Assembly: GCA_965262715.1 (NCBI GenBank)
Contig: OZ253553.1
Coordinates: 512,001 to 576,000, forward strand
Origin: Bdellovibrionales bacterium
GTDB lineage: Bacteria; Bdellovibrionota; Bdellovibrionia; Bdellovibrionales; JAUICD01
Direction: 5' to 3'
Length of the DNA stretch: 64,000 nt
This document shows, piece by piece, positions 39,218 to 49,300 of the stretch. Both the position numbers and the translations under genes were made by a program. Under the pieces are notes generated by a model. That model did no database searches, was not told where the DNA came from, and saw only the letters and a program-made list of their open reading frames with translations. Within the stretch, counting starts at the first letter, position 1. Every line of letters begins with the position of its first letter.

Positions 39218-39691
39218 TTAGTTATCTTCTTTTAATTTTTCACTAAATTCTATAAGAACGCCATTTGCTGCACTTGGATGTACAAAAGCTATTTTACAAT
39301 TTTTAGCTCCCAACTGTGGAGTTGTATTTATTAGCTTAATACCATCTGCTTGCATTTTCTTTAAGGTTTCTTCTAAGTCTTTCACACGTAAACAAATATG
39401 GTGCAGGCCAGGCCCTCGCTTTTCTAAAAACTTATGAATTACGCTTGTAGAATCTATAGGTTCTAAAAGTTCAATATCCACCTGGTTGTTTAAAGCAAAA
39501 CAAGCCACCTTTACTTTTTCTGAGTGGATAGTCTCGAAGGAAGGCTTTAATCCTAGAGCCTCATAAAAAGAGAGAGCTTGTTGAATAGATCTAACGGCAA
39601 TACCAATATGGTCCACTTCTATAGAGTTGGTGTTAAGAGTTTTTTTTAAATTATTATTTTCTAAATTGGATTGGGTTTCAGATGATCGCAA
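39218..39691 (-). CDS. mce: Methylmalonyl-CoA epimerase (VOC family)
   Basis: DHIGIAV, IELLEP, KFLEKRGPGLHHIC, AFVHP...GVLIE. Confidence 0.85.
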   Translation of the reverse strand: MRSSETQSNLENNNLKKTLNTNSIEVDHIGIAVRSIQQALSFYEALGLKPSFETIHSEKVKVACFALNNQVDIELLEPIDSTSVIHKFLEKRGPGLHHICLRVKDLEETLKKMQADGIKLINTTPQLGAKNCKIAFVHPSAANGVLIEFSEKLKEDN

Positions 39692-39787
39692 TGGTTATTT
39701 TCCTTTATCTTTTTATTTCATTCCTCATATCTCTATCAGCGTTGGTTTGGTTTTTATCTATGACAGAGAGGTTTAGAAAAGATTTAT

Positions 39788-40028
39788 TAGAACTCACCTC
39801 AAAATTACTTTTAATGTCCACGTTTTCAAAACAACCTCTTAATTTAAGTACCGTATAAAAGAACTGTTTCACTCAAAATGGACCCTTCCGGCTTTCCGTA
39901 GAGCCACTATCATGGCTCTCGTCAAGTCTGTTCATTTTGAGTAAGAAGCCATCTTTAGTTATATTATGTTTTGTATTTTGCAATTTCGTATTATTTACTG
40001 TTATCATGTATTTTTGAGATGGCTTCTA
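39788..40028. repeat. MITE-like element with R1-type termini
   Basis: tagaactcacctcaaaatt...atttttgagatggcttcta imperfect inverted ends; internal tttcactcaaaatgga/ttcattttgagtaa stem. Confidence 0.55.
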
Positions 40029-40034
40029 AAAAGT

Positions 40035-40214
40035 TTATTTAATTTCTTTATGGAGTGTGTGTTTTTTTAGAAATGGGTTGTATTTTTTCTTTTCCAATCG
40101 TTCAGGATGGGTCTGTGTGTTCTTTTTAGTTGTGTAACGAGATGGAGAGGCACCTAGTTTCCTAGCTTCTGTACATTCTAAAGTAATAATTTTAACTTTT
40201 CCTTTTTTGGCCAT
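40035..40214 (-). CDS. rpmG: 50S ribosomal protein L33 (59 aa, absent from the ORF track; lacks the CxxC pairs)
   Basis: Manual translation [59 protein letters not shown]. Confidence 0.95.
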   Translation of the reverse strand: MAKKGKVKIITLECTEARKLGASPSRYTTKKNTQTHPERLEKKKYNPFLKKHTLHKEIK

Positions 40215-40386
40215 TATTAAGTCCTTTCATTTGATTTTTTTATTATGACTAAACCTGTCTTTCATCCATAAAAGATATCTCATTTTTTACTGCTAAAGTC
40301 CACTTTTATAATAAAGGGTCATAAAAAGTATCATTCTAATAGCTGATATATAAAGAGTTCAAAGTATTTGGACGATGTAGATCATT

Positions 40387-41958
40387 ATGAGTCACTTTTC
40401 AAAATACAGTCTCTTTATGATACCTTTTTTTATTGTTTTCATTACAGGTTGTCAACAAGGACAAATAGACCCTGAATATCCGTTTAACGATCTAAAGATG
40501 ACGACTAATTATATTCATATTAATTTAGATCGAGAATCATCAGAATCTTGTTTAACAGACTCTAGTATGGATGCTTGTATTTTTTGGAAGAACCCTGTAG
40601 AGCAAAACCAAGGTCCTCTCTCTGACCACTTAGATATAACAGATGTGTTGCAAAGTTTACAAACTTATGGTGTTGATATCAATGATAGCTTAGTTTCAAG
40701 TACAAGCTCATATACAGGCCAATTTCAACAGCCTTTCAGAGGAGAAGAGTACAATCAAGAGTCTAATTTTCAAGATGATAACTCTATCATAGAGCTTGAA
40801 GAGATTCCAGTCTCAGGTCAAAATTCTATTATCATAGGATTGCAAGCTCATGGAATTTCAATATTGACAGGTTCTTCCCAATTTCCAACAAGGCAGAGGA
40901 ATTTTGTTGATAACAGTTCACGCAGACTTTATAGAAATGTTCTTCAATCAAATGAAAGTGGGGTTTTTCTTCAAAATCACAGTTACGATGTAAGTATAGA
41001 TTATAAAGGAGTTGAAAGAGTAACTCGTCGAGATGATGGTAGTTGGAGATTCGAATATGGAGATTCTGATCATTCTATTGTTCAGGTGATGACATATTAT
41101 TATTTGATGCATCAGGCAGATTGGATGCAGGAAAATGCAGGAGGATGGTATGCTCTTAATAAAAATATTAATGTGATAGCACTAGATGAAGATGTTAAAA
41201 ACAATGCTCATTGGAATCCTCTAGAAAACACAATTAGTTTAGGATTTATTTGCGACTCTAATTTACCATTTCAAATATTAAGGGATGTGACCTGTGACTT
41301 TAAAATGGAAATAGGACTGAGTGCTGAAATCACACTTCATGAGGCAGGTCATGCTAACTTTTACCACTCCAAAGCAAATAATCAGGTCATTACATCTGAA
41401 GAATTTTGCAGGTCACATACAAATTGTGAAGGAACATCTATATGTCAAGATACAGATGAAAGTAAAAAGTCCGTATGTTGTAATGATGCAAGAGGTTGCT
41501 ATTTTGCTATTGATGAAGGGCTAGCTGATTTTCAATCGTCAGTTATTTTTTCAGAATCTCCTCAAATAGGAGAGGCTATCGTAAATGATATTGATGGATT
41601 GAAGTGTCCATCAGACTTGAGTATTCATAGAAATCCAGAGGTTAATATTGATAAGACGGCTGATCAGATATTTTATCAATGCGATCAAGAAGCGTCTGGT
41701 AAAGCTCACAATATGGGAATGTTGTATTCCAGTATATGGTGGTCTCTTTATACAGACTCATCAGTTAACCAACAAGAAATTATGAATCTCTTTACAAACC
41801 ATCTTCCACTTATCACTTCAGATGATAACTTTGAGACAGTTGGTCATAGACTCTTAAATCTTGATCAGTTGTTTTATACAGGCAAATATTCGAATATAAT
41901 AACAAGTGAATTTCAAAAAAGAGGATTGACTCCTCAAGCTGTTGTAGAGAACCTTTAA
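40387..41958 (+). CDS. Lipoprotein zinc metalloprotease (gluzincin, M4/M36-like)
   Basis: Lipobox FITGC; NNAHW, HEAGH, AIDEGLADF, KAHNMG. Confidence 0.75.
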   Translation: MSHFSKYSLFMIPFFIVFITGCQQGQIDPEYPFNDLKMTTNYIHINLDRESSESCLTDSSMDACIFWKNPVEQNQGPLSDHLDITDVLQSLQTYGVDINDSLVSSTSSYTGQFQQPFRGEEYNQESNFQDDNSIIELEEIPVSGQNSIIIGLQAHGISILTGSSQFPTRQRNFVDNSSRRLYRNVLQSNESGVFLQNHSYDVSIDYKGVERVTRRDDGSWRFEYGDSDHSIVQVMTYYYLMHQADWMQENAGGWYALNKNINVIALDEDVKNNAHWNPLENTISLGFICDSNLPFQILRDVTCDFKMEIGLSAEITLHEAGHANFYHSKANNQVITSEEFCRSHTNCEGTSICQDTDESKKSVCCNDARGCYFAIDEGLADFQSSVIFSESPQIGEAIVNDIDGLKCPSDLSIHRNPEVNIDKTADQIFYQCDQEASGKAHNMGMLYSSIWWSLYTDSSVNQQEIMNLFTNHLPLITSDDNFETVGHRLLNLDQLFYTGKYSNIITSEFQKRGLTPQAVVENL

Positions 41959-41997
41959 ATTAAAGTAGGCCGTATTGCGGTGCTAAACCAGACGCAA

Positions 41998-42776
41998 ATT
42001 TTGTTGCATGCCTCCATAAATTAAGCATTAAAATCAATATTTTTTGTTCTAACTCTCTTTTTTTATTTATATTTGTAGTCTTAGTTAAAGATTTTGACAT
42101 AATATTTTGAATATGTTCAAATGGCCAATATTTTCCAGAGAAATTTGACTCAAATGTGAAGGAGAGGATGTATGAAATATTCTTTAAAAAAACAAATAAG
42201 CTTATTTTTTATAGTATTTATTGGAGGAAGCCAGCTTTTTGCGCAAGATGATGTGTCGAATGATATTTCAGAACTTATATCACAGACTATAAGTGCTAGT
42301 TATACTATTAGCCCCTCTTTTCCTCATTTAAGAGTAGTTCTTTCAGACCTATTAAGAAGTATAGATAGAGATGTTGAAGAGAGACCAGTGAAGTTTGATC
42401 AGATATTTATGGTACTTACTCCTCTTACAAGAGCAGTTCTCTTAGATCTTATGGATGAAGATGTTTTTAAAGAGAGACCAATGAATTTCCATCAGATATT
42501 TATGCTGCTTGGGAGTTTATGTCCAATATATTCATTTCCAGTAGAGTTATTTGAAATATTTGAGCCAATTCTTCAAGAATCAAGTCAATTTGAAGAAATT
42601 GTTATAAACATTGAGTTTGGTGGAAATGGATCTGAAAGAGAGTCTTTTGTTTTGTCACAGGAAGAAGTACATTTTCTAAGGGAGATAATAAGATGTTCTG
42701 AAGAAGAAGCGGAAATAGAAGAAAGAAATGATTATATTGATTTTAATGCTTAATTTATGGAGGCATGCAACAAAAT
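41998..42776. other. Segment bounded by perfect 43-bp inverted repeats (41998-42040 / 42734-42776)
   Basis: attttgttgcatgcctccataaattaagcattaaaatcaatat and its exact reverse complement. Confidence 0.85.
42172..42753 (+). CDS. Hypothetical secreted protein
   Basis: RBS ggagagg, signal-peptide-like N-terminus, internal ERP..F.QIFM.L repeat; 193 aa. Confidence 0.65.
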   Translation: MKYSLKKQISLFFIVFIGGSQLFAQDDVSNDISELISQTISASYTISPSFPHLRVVLSDLLRSIDRDVEERPVKFDQIFMVLTPLTRAVLLDLMDEDVFKERPMNFHQIFMLLGSLCPIYSFPVELFEIFEPILQESSQFEEIVINIEFGGNGSERESFVLSQEEVHFLREIIRCSEEEAEIEERNDYIDFNA

Positions 42777-42966
42777 GGGTAATACCAGAGGAGTAGGATG
42801 ATAGCCTGCTGATTGATGTTGATAAGAGAGGAAATCAGAGTTTATAGGACTAAAAAATTTAGAAACAAGAAAGAGAAAAAATCAGCTGTTATAATACACC
42901 CTTGCTTTTCAAGTAGTTTATTTCTGTAATGGTTGGAATTTATTTCTACAGTTTGATCCTTATCTT

Positions 42967-43074
42967 TATCCTTGAAAAAGGATATTCTATATTATTTCAC
43001 TACTTAGTAAAAACTCAAAAGAAGCTTATTTTGAAGGTGTTCATAAGAGGTATAATATTTTATTAAAGAAATAA
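42967..43074 (+). pseudogene. Internally deleted hipBA copy: operator joined to the last ~23 codons of hipA
   Basis: TATCC-N8-GGATA at 42967-42984; 43003-43132 matches 46068-46197. Confidence 0.8.
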
Positions 43075-43106
43075 AAAATATCAATTATTATTTATACAAA
43101 GTTATT

Positions 43107-43246
43107 TTCCGGGAATCTGGCAACCCGGCAGTCCGGAAAACAGTATCCGGAATCTGGCATCGGTGATTTTGTTAATTTTTTTTTGTTAAAATTTAAGTTA
43201 CCTGATGCTGTCTCCGGCTTGCCTGATTGCTGGATCCCGGAAAAAT
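43107..43246. repeat. R3 family repeat (inverted pair)
   Basis: ttccgggaatctggcaacccggcagtccgg ... ccggcttgcctgattgctggatcccggaa. Confidence 0.7.
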
Positions 43247-43422
43247 TAATATTCTATCAGTTAGAATATATATAAACTTTATTATTATGTCATATTCTGA
43301 GACAGTTTGTTTATCGATGGATAAAAAATTTTGAGTTTTGATATAAGATGATTTTAAAAAAAGTAGCAATGTTAGATAAAATAGGTGATATAATTATAAA
43401 GTAGGGTTAAAGAGGTGAAGCA

Positions 43423-43965
43423 ATGGTAAGGCTTATTTTAAATCAAAAAGGAATATCTATGATAGAGATCCTTATTGTGGTGGTGATTGTTGGCCTTTTG
43501 GCCACTATGGGTATCCCAGGTTATCAACAGTTAAAAAGGAATAGTTACCAGCAATCAGGTATGGCCCAGCTAGCCGCTTACCACCGTGCTGCAAAGATCA
43601 TGATAGGGGAATTTGCCTACAACCCTGGTAATTTTGTAGCTATAGGTTTTAAACTTGAAGGAGATTATTATTATAGGATAAAGGCTGCAGATGGTGAAGA
43701 TCCACCTGATTATTACCCTAATCAAGGGAGTTGTGAATCTACAGAAGTTCCTACGCTACCAGGAGGTTGTTCTCAGTTTTGTGAAGGTTCACCATTAGAG
43801 TGTCCTTGGCGTGAACTATTAAGTTCCTATAAGGATGCATCACCGCTTCCAAGCCCAACAATTTCTGTAGATGGTATGAGGTTCAAAGCATATGCCTATT
43901 CTAATGATGAAGAGAATTATCTTTGTACAGATGAAGCTGGGGTTTATGCTGGTGATTGTCCATAA
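43423..43965 (+). CDS. Type IV pilin family protein
   Basis: NQKG|ISMIEILIVVVIVGLLATMGIP prepilin motif; C-terminal cysteines. Confidence 0.88.
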   Translation: MVRLILNQKGISMIEILIVVVIVGLLATMGIPGYQQLKRNSYQQSGMAQLAAYHRAAKIMIGEFAYNPGNFVAIGFKLEGDYYYRIKAADGEDPPDYYPNQGSCESTEVPTLPGGCSQFCEGSPLECPWRELLSSYKDASPLPSPTISVDGMRFKAYAYSNDEENYLCTDEAGVYAGDCP

Positions 43966-43987
43966 TTATCTTCTTTAAGTCATTTTT

Positions 43988-44065
43988 CTCCCGGAATCTG
44001 GCAATCCAGCAGTCGGGCAATTAGTTCCCGGAAACCGGTTTCCCGGAAGCCAGATCCCTGGTAAA
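43988..44065. repeat. R3 family repeat
   Basis: ccggaatctggcaatccagcagtcggg...cccggaaaccggtttcccggaagccagatccc, similar to 50766-50840. Confidence 0.7.
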
Positions 44066-44157
44066 TGGGGAATTCTAGGGGCTGGTTACCTTTCGAAGTT
44101 TTATTTAAACAGCTTATGTTGAATAAAATAGACATGAAGTTTAATGATAGAGGTAGA

Positions 44158-44307
44158 AGCATGGAGCTTCTCTTTTTCACTAACTGGCAGGCGTCCTCCG
44201 TGCCATGTATACTGTGACTTTTGATTTTATATAGAATAAAAATCTCTCTAAAAGTGTGTCTCATAAGGCATTGGACAAGAGCTAGTTCACAAGAGAAGCT
44301 GTATGCT
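44158..44307. repeat. R2 family hairpin repeat (diverged copy)
   Basis: agcatggagcttctc/gagaagctgtatgct arms, ccgtgcc/aaggca stem, central ttttatatagaataaaa. Confidence 0.6.
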
Positions 44308-44379
44308 TTTAATTTCAAGAACTTATCGCAAAAGTAAACAGCCCCTTAGTTATAAACTAAATGTTACTTTGCTTGTTTT

Positions 44380-44479
44380 TATCTTTAAAAAAAGATATTT
44401 AGATATAATTTGACTATTTATATCCTTAAATAAGGTTATTATATATTATTCTATTTGTTTTTATCCTTAAAAAAGGATA
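44380..44479. promoter_or_regulatory. Three HipB-type operators at 41-bp spacing
   Basis: TATCT-N8-AGATA (44380), TATCC-N8-GGTTA (44421), TATCC-N8-GGATA (44462); the E. coli hip operator consensus is TATCC-N8-GGATA. Confidence 0.75.
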
Positions 44480-44505
44480 TTATTATAAAAAAAAGGGTTA
44501 TTTAT

Positions 44506-44739
44506 ATGAAAAAAGGTATTGAAGAAACAGAGGTATCAAGATTTGGTTTGTTCATTAAACAAAAGCGTAAAAATAGAGGTATAACTCAAAAGGAGTTAGC
44601 TAGGCATGCAAGGGTCAGTTTTACATTGGTCAATCGTATAGAAAATGGAGATATAAAATTAAATATATCTTCTGTAAATAAAGTTTTGAAAGTTTTTGGA
44701 TGCGCACTTGCCCCTGTTCGTTTAGAGATTAAAGAATGA
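44506..44739 (+). CDS. HipB-like XRE helix-turn-helix antitoxin
   Basis: IKQKRKNRGITQKELARHARVS...RIENG; ATGA overlap with the hipA-like gene. Confidence 0.85.
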   Translation: MKKGIEETEVSRFGLFIKQKRKNRGITQKELARHARVSFTLVNRIENGDIKLNISSVNKVLKVFGCALAPVRLEIKE

Positions 44740-46139
44740 AAAATATTGCAAATGAAGAGAATTATATGTCAGAGATAAAAAAAATAATAAATACAAAGAA
44801 GGCTTGGGTTTATTTAAGAGATATTCTAGCAGGGGAGCTTGAAAAATCCGATGAGGCTTCTGTAGTTTTTAAATTCACTTATTTTAAAGATTATTTAGAA
44901 AGTCAAAACCCAGAAATAGCTCGAGCTTTTCCTAAAAGAAAAGAATCTTATATCAGTTCAGATTTACACCCTTTTTTTGATAATCTTATTGTTGAAGGAT
45001 GGTTATTAACATATACAGAAAAACTTTTACATATTCATAAATTAGATCGTTTCAAACTGCTTATGGCTACAGGAAGCGCTCCTATTGGGGCTGTAAGTGT
45101 GAGACCTGTTTATAATCAACAACCTATCAATATGACTGAAGTTCTTTTTAATAAAAACACAGAAGTTCACTTTATTAAAGAACCTAATAAGATGAGAGAT
45201 ACATTTCATTTTTGTCCATCTTGTTTTCGGGAATTAGGAGGGGATGAAGTGCATAGAAAGTGTACTATAGCTATGTGGGGCACAACAAGAAAGTTGAAAT
45301 TAAAAATAAATAAAGATAGTCCTGATGAAATGTTTGGATCTACTATTTATGGAGGTTCTATATCTGGTCATCAAAAAAAGGGAATGTTTAAAATCAACAG
45401 CAGGACAGGTGAATTGGTACCTACACCTGATAGAGCAACTCATATCTTAAAGCCATCTGGACATTTACCAGAGTTGCCAGAAAATGAACATGTCACAATG
45501 GCTATTGCAAAAGCTTTGAAATTTCCTACACCTTCGTTTGATTTGTTGGAATTTGAAGGCATAGGGAGAGTGTTTGCCACTGCTCGCTTTGATCGCAGTT
45601 TGGATGGAATGAGATTGCCATTGATGCAAGAGGATATGTGTCAGGTTATAGGGGTTTCAAGTGATAGAAAATATGATCTAAGTTATGAGAAGATTGCAAA
45701 AGCAATTAGAAAACACAGCTTGGCGCCTTTGGTTGATCTTTATGATTTTTATCGTAGGTTTGTTTTTTGTTATCTTGTGCTTAATGGGGATATGCACTTA
45801 AAAAATTGGTCTTTACTTGAAAGTCAAAAAGAGTTAGGTAGCTTTGTATTAGCGCCCTGTTACGATCTTTTAAATACAAGAATTTTTTTATCAAGAGAGT
45901 TAACGGATATAGCTCTACAGTTGAATGGAAAAGATAGGAATCTTACTAAAAAGGATATTTCCTATTTTGGTAAAGATATTGGTCTTAGTGCTGAAACTAT
46001 TGAACTTATTTTTAGCGAGCTTTCAAGCTGGTTGGAGGTGATTAAAAAATACATAAATTTGTGTTTGCTTAGTAAGAAGTCAAAAGAAGCTTACCTTGAA
46101 GGTGTTTATAAAAGGTATAACATTTTATTAAAGAAATAA
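44736..46139 (+). CDS. HipA-family Ser/Thr kinase toxin (N-terminal coupled domain fused to the kinase domain)
   Basis: LHPFFDNLIVEGW, SISGHQKK, HILKP, PENEH..M, RFDR, QEDMCQ, NGDMHLKNWS, LAPCYDL. Confidence 0.9.
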   Translation: MKNIANEENYMSEIKKIINTKKAWVYLRDILAGELEKSDEASVVFKFTYFKDYLESQNPEIARAFPKRKESYISSDLHPFFDNLIVEGWLLTYTEKLLHIHKLDRFKLLMATGSAPIGAVSVRPVYNQQPINMTEVLFNKNTEVHFIKEPNKMRDTFHFCPSCFRELGGDEVHRKCTIAMWGTTRKLKLKINKDSPDEMFGSTIYGGSISGHQKKGMFKINSRTGELVPTPDRATHILKPSGHLPELPENEHVTMAIAKALKFPTPSFDLLEFEGIGRVFATARFDRSLDGMRLPLMQEDMCQVIGVSSDRKYDLSYEKIAKAIRKHSLAPLVDLYDFYRRFVFCYLVLNGDMHLKNWSLLESQKELGSFVLAPCYDLLNTRIFLSRELTDIALQLNGKDRNLTKKDISYFGKDIGLSAETIELIFSELSSWLEVIKKYINLCLLSKKSKEAYLEGVYKRYNILLKK

Positions 46140-46171
46140 AAAATATCAATTATTATTTATACAAAGTTATT

Positions 46172-46330
46172 TTCCGGGAAACAGGCAACCCGGCAGTCAG
46201 TTTCCGGGATCCATTCAGTCCATTCTTGAGAGCTAGATTATAGTTTATCTAAAAAGATATAGATGAAACTTTCTACTTTCTTAATTCCTAAATCCCGGAG
46301 TTCAGTTTCACAGAGACCGGATTCCGGGTA
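46172..46330. repeat. R3 family repeat fragments
   Basis: ttccgggaaacaggcaacccggcagtc and cccggagttcagtttcacagagaccggattccggg. Confidence 0.6.
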
Positions 46331-46342
46331 AAAAGAAGTTCT

Positions 46343-49300
46343 AGAAGCCATCTCAAAAATGCAGCTAGAGATAACAATTTTAGAAAAAATACCAGCTTTA
46401 TATTATACAAAGAATTCCATGAGATGGCCTTTACTCAAAATGAATAGAAGACAAGCCTCTCGAGGCAAGCCTTTTTGAGGATTGCCCATGAAATAAATCT
46501 AGGTACTGATCCGATGGCAAGAATAAAGTTTCCCTAACATTGTGTTAAGAAACAAGAAGATCCTCCCTACTAAAATGCATTAGCCTTTCTAGGCAGTAAG
46601 CTATTTGCTGACGATGTGAACCGCCTGAGCTGACTACCAGAAAGTCGCCAGAGGCTAGCCTCGAGAGGCGAGATGCATTTTAGAGAAAAAAAAGCAGGTT
46701 CATTTTGAGGAAGACAGCTTTTTTATATAAGAAATTAGAGGTAATAGGTACAAATGTTCATAGACTTTTACTGAAACAGCACGATTCCCTTAACATGATG
46801 TTAAATAATGAGGAGTATCTGGTTTACTAAAATGCATCAGGCTTTCCAGGTAGTCAGCTATTTGCTGACGATGTGAACCGCCTGAGCTGACTACCAGAAA
46901 GTCGCCAGAGGCTCGCCTCGAGAGGCGAGATGCATTTTAGTGAAAAAAAAGCAGGTTTATTTTGAGGAAGACAGCTCTTTTATATAAGAAATTAGAGGTA
47001 ATAGGTACAAACGTTCATAGACTTTTACTGAAACAGCACGATTCCCTTAACATGATGTTAAATAATGAGGAGTATCTGGTTTACTAAAATGCATCAGGCT
47101 TTCTAGGTAGTCAGCTATTTGCTGACGATGTGAACCGCCTGAGCTGACTACCAGAAAGTCGCCAGAGGCTCGCCTCGAGAGGCGAGATGCATTTTAGTGA
47201 AAAAAAAGCAGGTTTATTTTGAGGAAGACAGCTCTTTTATATAAGAAATTAGAGGTAATAGGTACAAACGTTCATAGACTTTTACTGAAACAGCACGATT
47301 CCCTTAACATGATGTTAAATAATGAGGAGTATCTGGTTTACTAAAATGCATCAGGCTTTCTAGGTAGTCAGCTATTTGCTGACGATGTGAACCGCCTGAG
47401 CTGACTACCAGAAAGTCGCCAGAGGCTCGCCTCGAGAGGCGAGATGCATTTTAGTGAAAAAAAAGCAGGTTTATTTTGAGGAAGACAGCTCTTTTATATA
47501 AGAAATTAGAGGTAATAGGTACAAACGTTCATAGACTTTTACTGAAACAGCACGATTCCCTTAACATGATGTTAAATAATGAGGAGTATCTGGTTTACTA
47601 AAATGCATCAGGCTTTCTAGGTAGTCAGCTATTTGCTGACGATGTGAACCGCCTGAGCTGACTACCAGAAAGTCGCCAGAGGCTCGCCTCGAGAGGCGAG
47701 ATGCATTTTAGTGAAAAAAAAGCAGGTTTATTTTGAGGAAGACAGCTCTTTTATATAAGAAATTAGAGGTAATAGGTACAAACGTTCATAGACTTTTACT
47801 GAAACAGCACGATTCCCTTAACATGATGTTAAATAATGAGGAGTATCTGGTTTACTAAAATGCATTAGCCTTTCTAGGCAGTAAGCTATTTGCTGACGAT
47901 GTGAACCGCCTGAGCTGACTACCAGAAAGTCGCCAGAGGCTAGCCTCGAGAGGCGAGATGCATTTTAGAGAAAAAAAAGCAGGTTCATTTTGAGGAAGAC
48001 AGCTTTTTTATATAAGAAATTAGAGGTAATAGGTACAAATGTTCATAGACTTTTACTGAAACAGCACGATTCCCTTAACATGATGTTAAATAATGAGGAG
48101 TATCTGGTTTACTAAAATGCATCAGGCTTTCTAGGTAGTCAGCTATTTGCTGACGATGTGAACCGCCTGAGCTGACTACCAGAAAGTCGCCAGAGGCTCG
48201 CCTCGAGAGGCGAGATGCATTTTAGTGAAAAAAAAGCAGGTTCATTTTGAGGAAGACAGCCCTTTTATATAAGAAATTAGAGGTAATAGGTACAAACGTT
48301 CATAGACTTTTACTGAAACAGCACGATTCCCTTAACATGATGTTAAATAATGAGGAGTATCTGGTTTACTAAAATGCATCAGGCTTTCTAGGTAGTCAGC
48401 TATTTGCTGACGATGTGAACCGCCTGAGCTGACTACCAGAAAGTCGCCAGAGGCTAGCCTCGAGAGGCGAGATGCATTTTAGTGAAAAAAAAGCAGGTTC
48501 ATTTTGAGGAAGACAGCCCTTTTATATAAGAAATTAGAGGTAATAGGTACAAACGTTCATAGACTTTTACTGAAACAGCACGATTCCCTTAACATGATGT
48601 TAAATAATGAGGAGTATCTGGTTTACTAAAATGCATCAGGCTTTCTAGGTAGTCAGCTATTTGCTGACGATGTGAACCGCCTGAGCTGACTACCAGAAAG
48701 TCGCCAGAGGCTAGCCTCGAGAGGCGAGATGCATTTTAGTGAAAAAAAAGCAGGTTCATTTTGAGGAAGACAGCTCTTTTATATAAGAAATTAGAGGTAA
48801 TAGGTACAAACGTTCATAGACTTTTACTGAAACAGCACGATTCCCTTAACATGATGTTAAATAATGAGGAGTATCTCGTTTACTAAAATGCATCAGGCTT
48901 TCTAGGTAGTCAGCTATTTGCTGACGATGTGAACCGCCTGAGCTGACTACCAGAAAGTCGCCAGAGGCTCGCCTCGAGAGGCGAGATGCATTTTAGTGAA
49001 AAAAAAGCAGGTTCATTTTGAGGAAGACAGCCCTTTTATATAAGAAATTAGAGGTAATAGGTACAAACGTTCATAGACTTTTACTGAAACAGCACGATTC
49101 CCTTAACATGATGTTAAATAATGAGGAGTATCTGGTTTACTAAAATGCATCAGGCTTTTTAGGTAGTCAGCTATTTGCTGACGATGTGAACCGCCTGAGC
49201 TGACTACCAGAAAGTCGCCAGAGGCTCGCCTCGAGAGGCGAGATGCATTTTAGTGAAAAAAAAGCAGGTTTATTTTGAGGAAGACAGCTCTTTTATATAA

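Noticed and set aside
41998..42776. IR-bounded segment has the same length (779 bp) as the IS direct repeat
   Set aside because: No sequence similarity or mechanistic link; treated as coincidence.
46776..46820. dif/XerCD site in each array unit (tgatgttaaat resembles the XerD arm)
   Set aside because: No convincing XerC arm at 6-bp spacing, and the motif varies among R1 copies as a simple palindrome.
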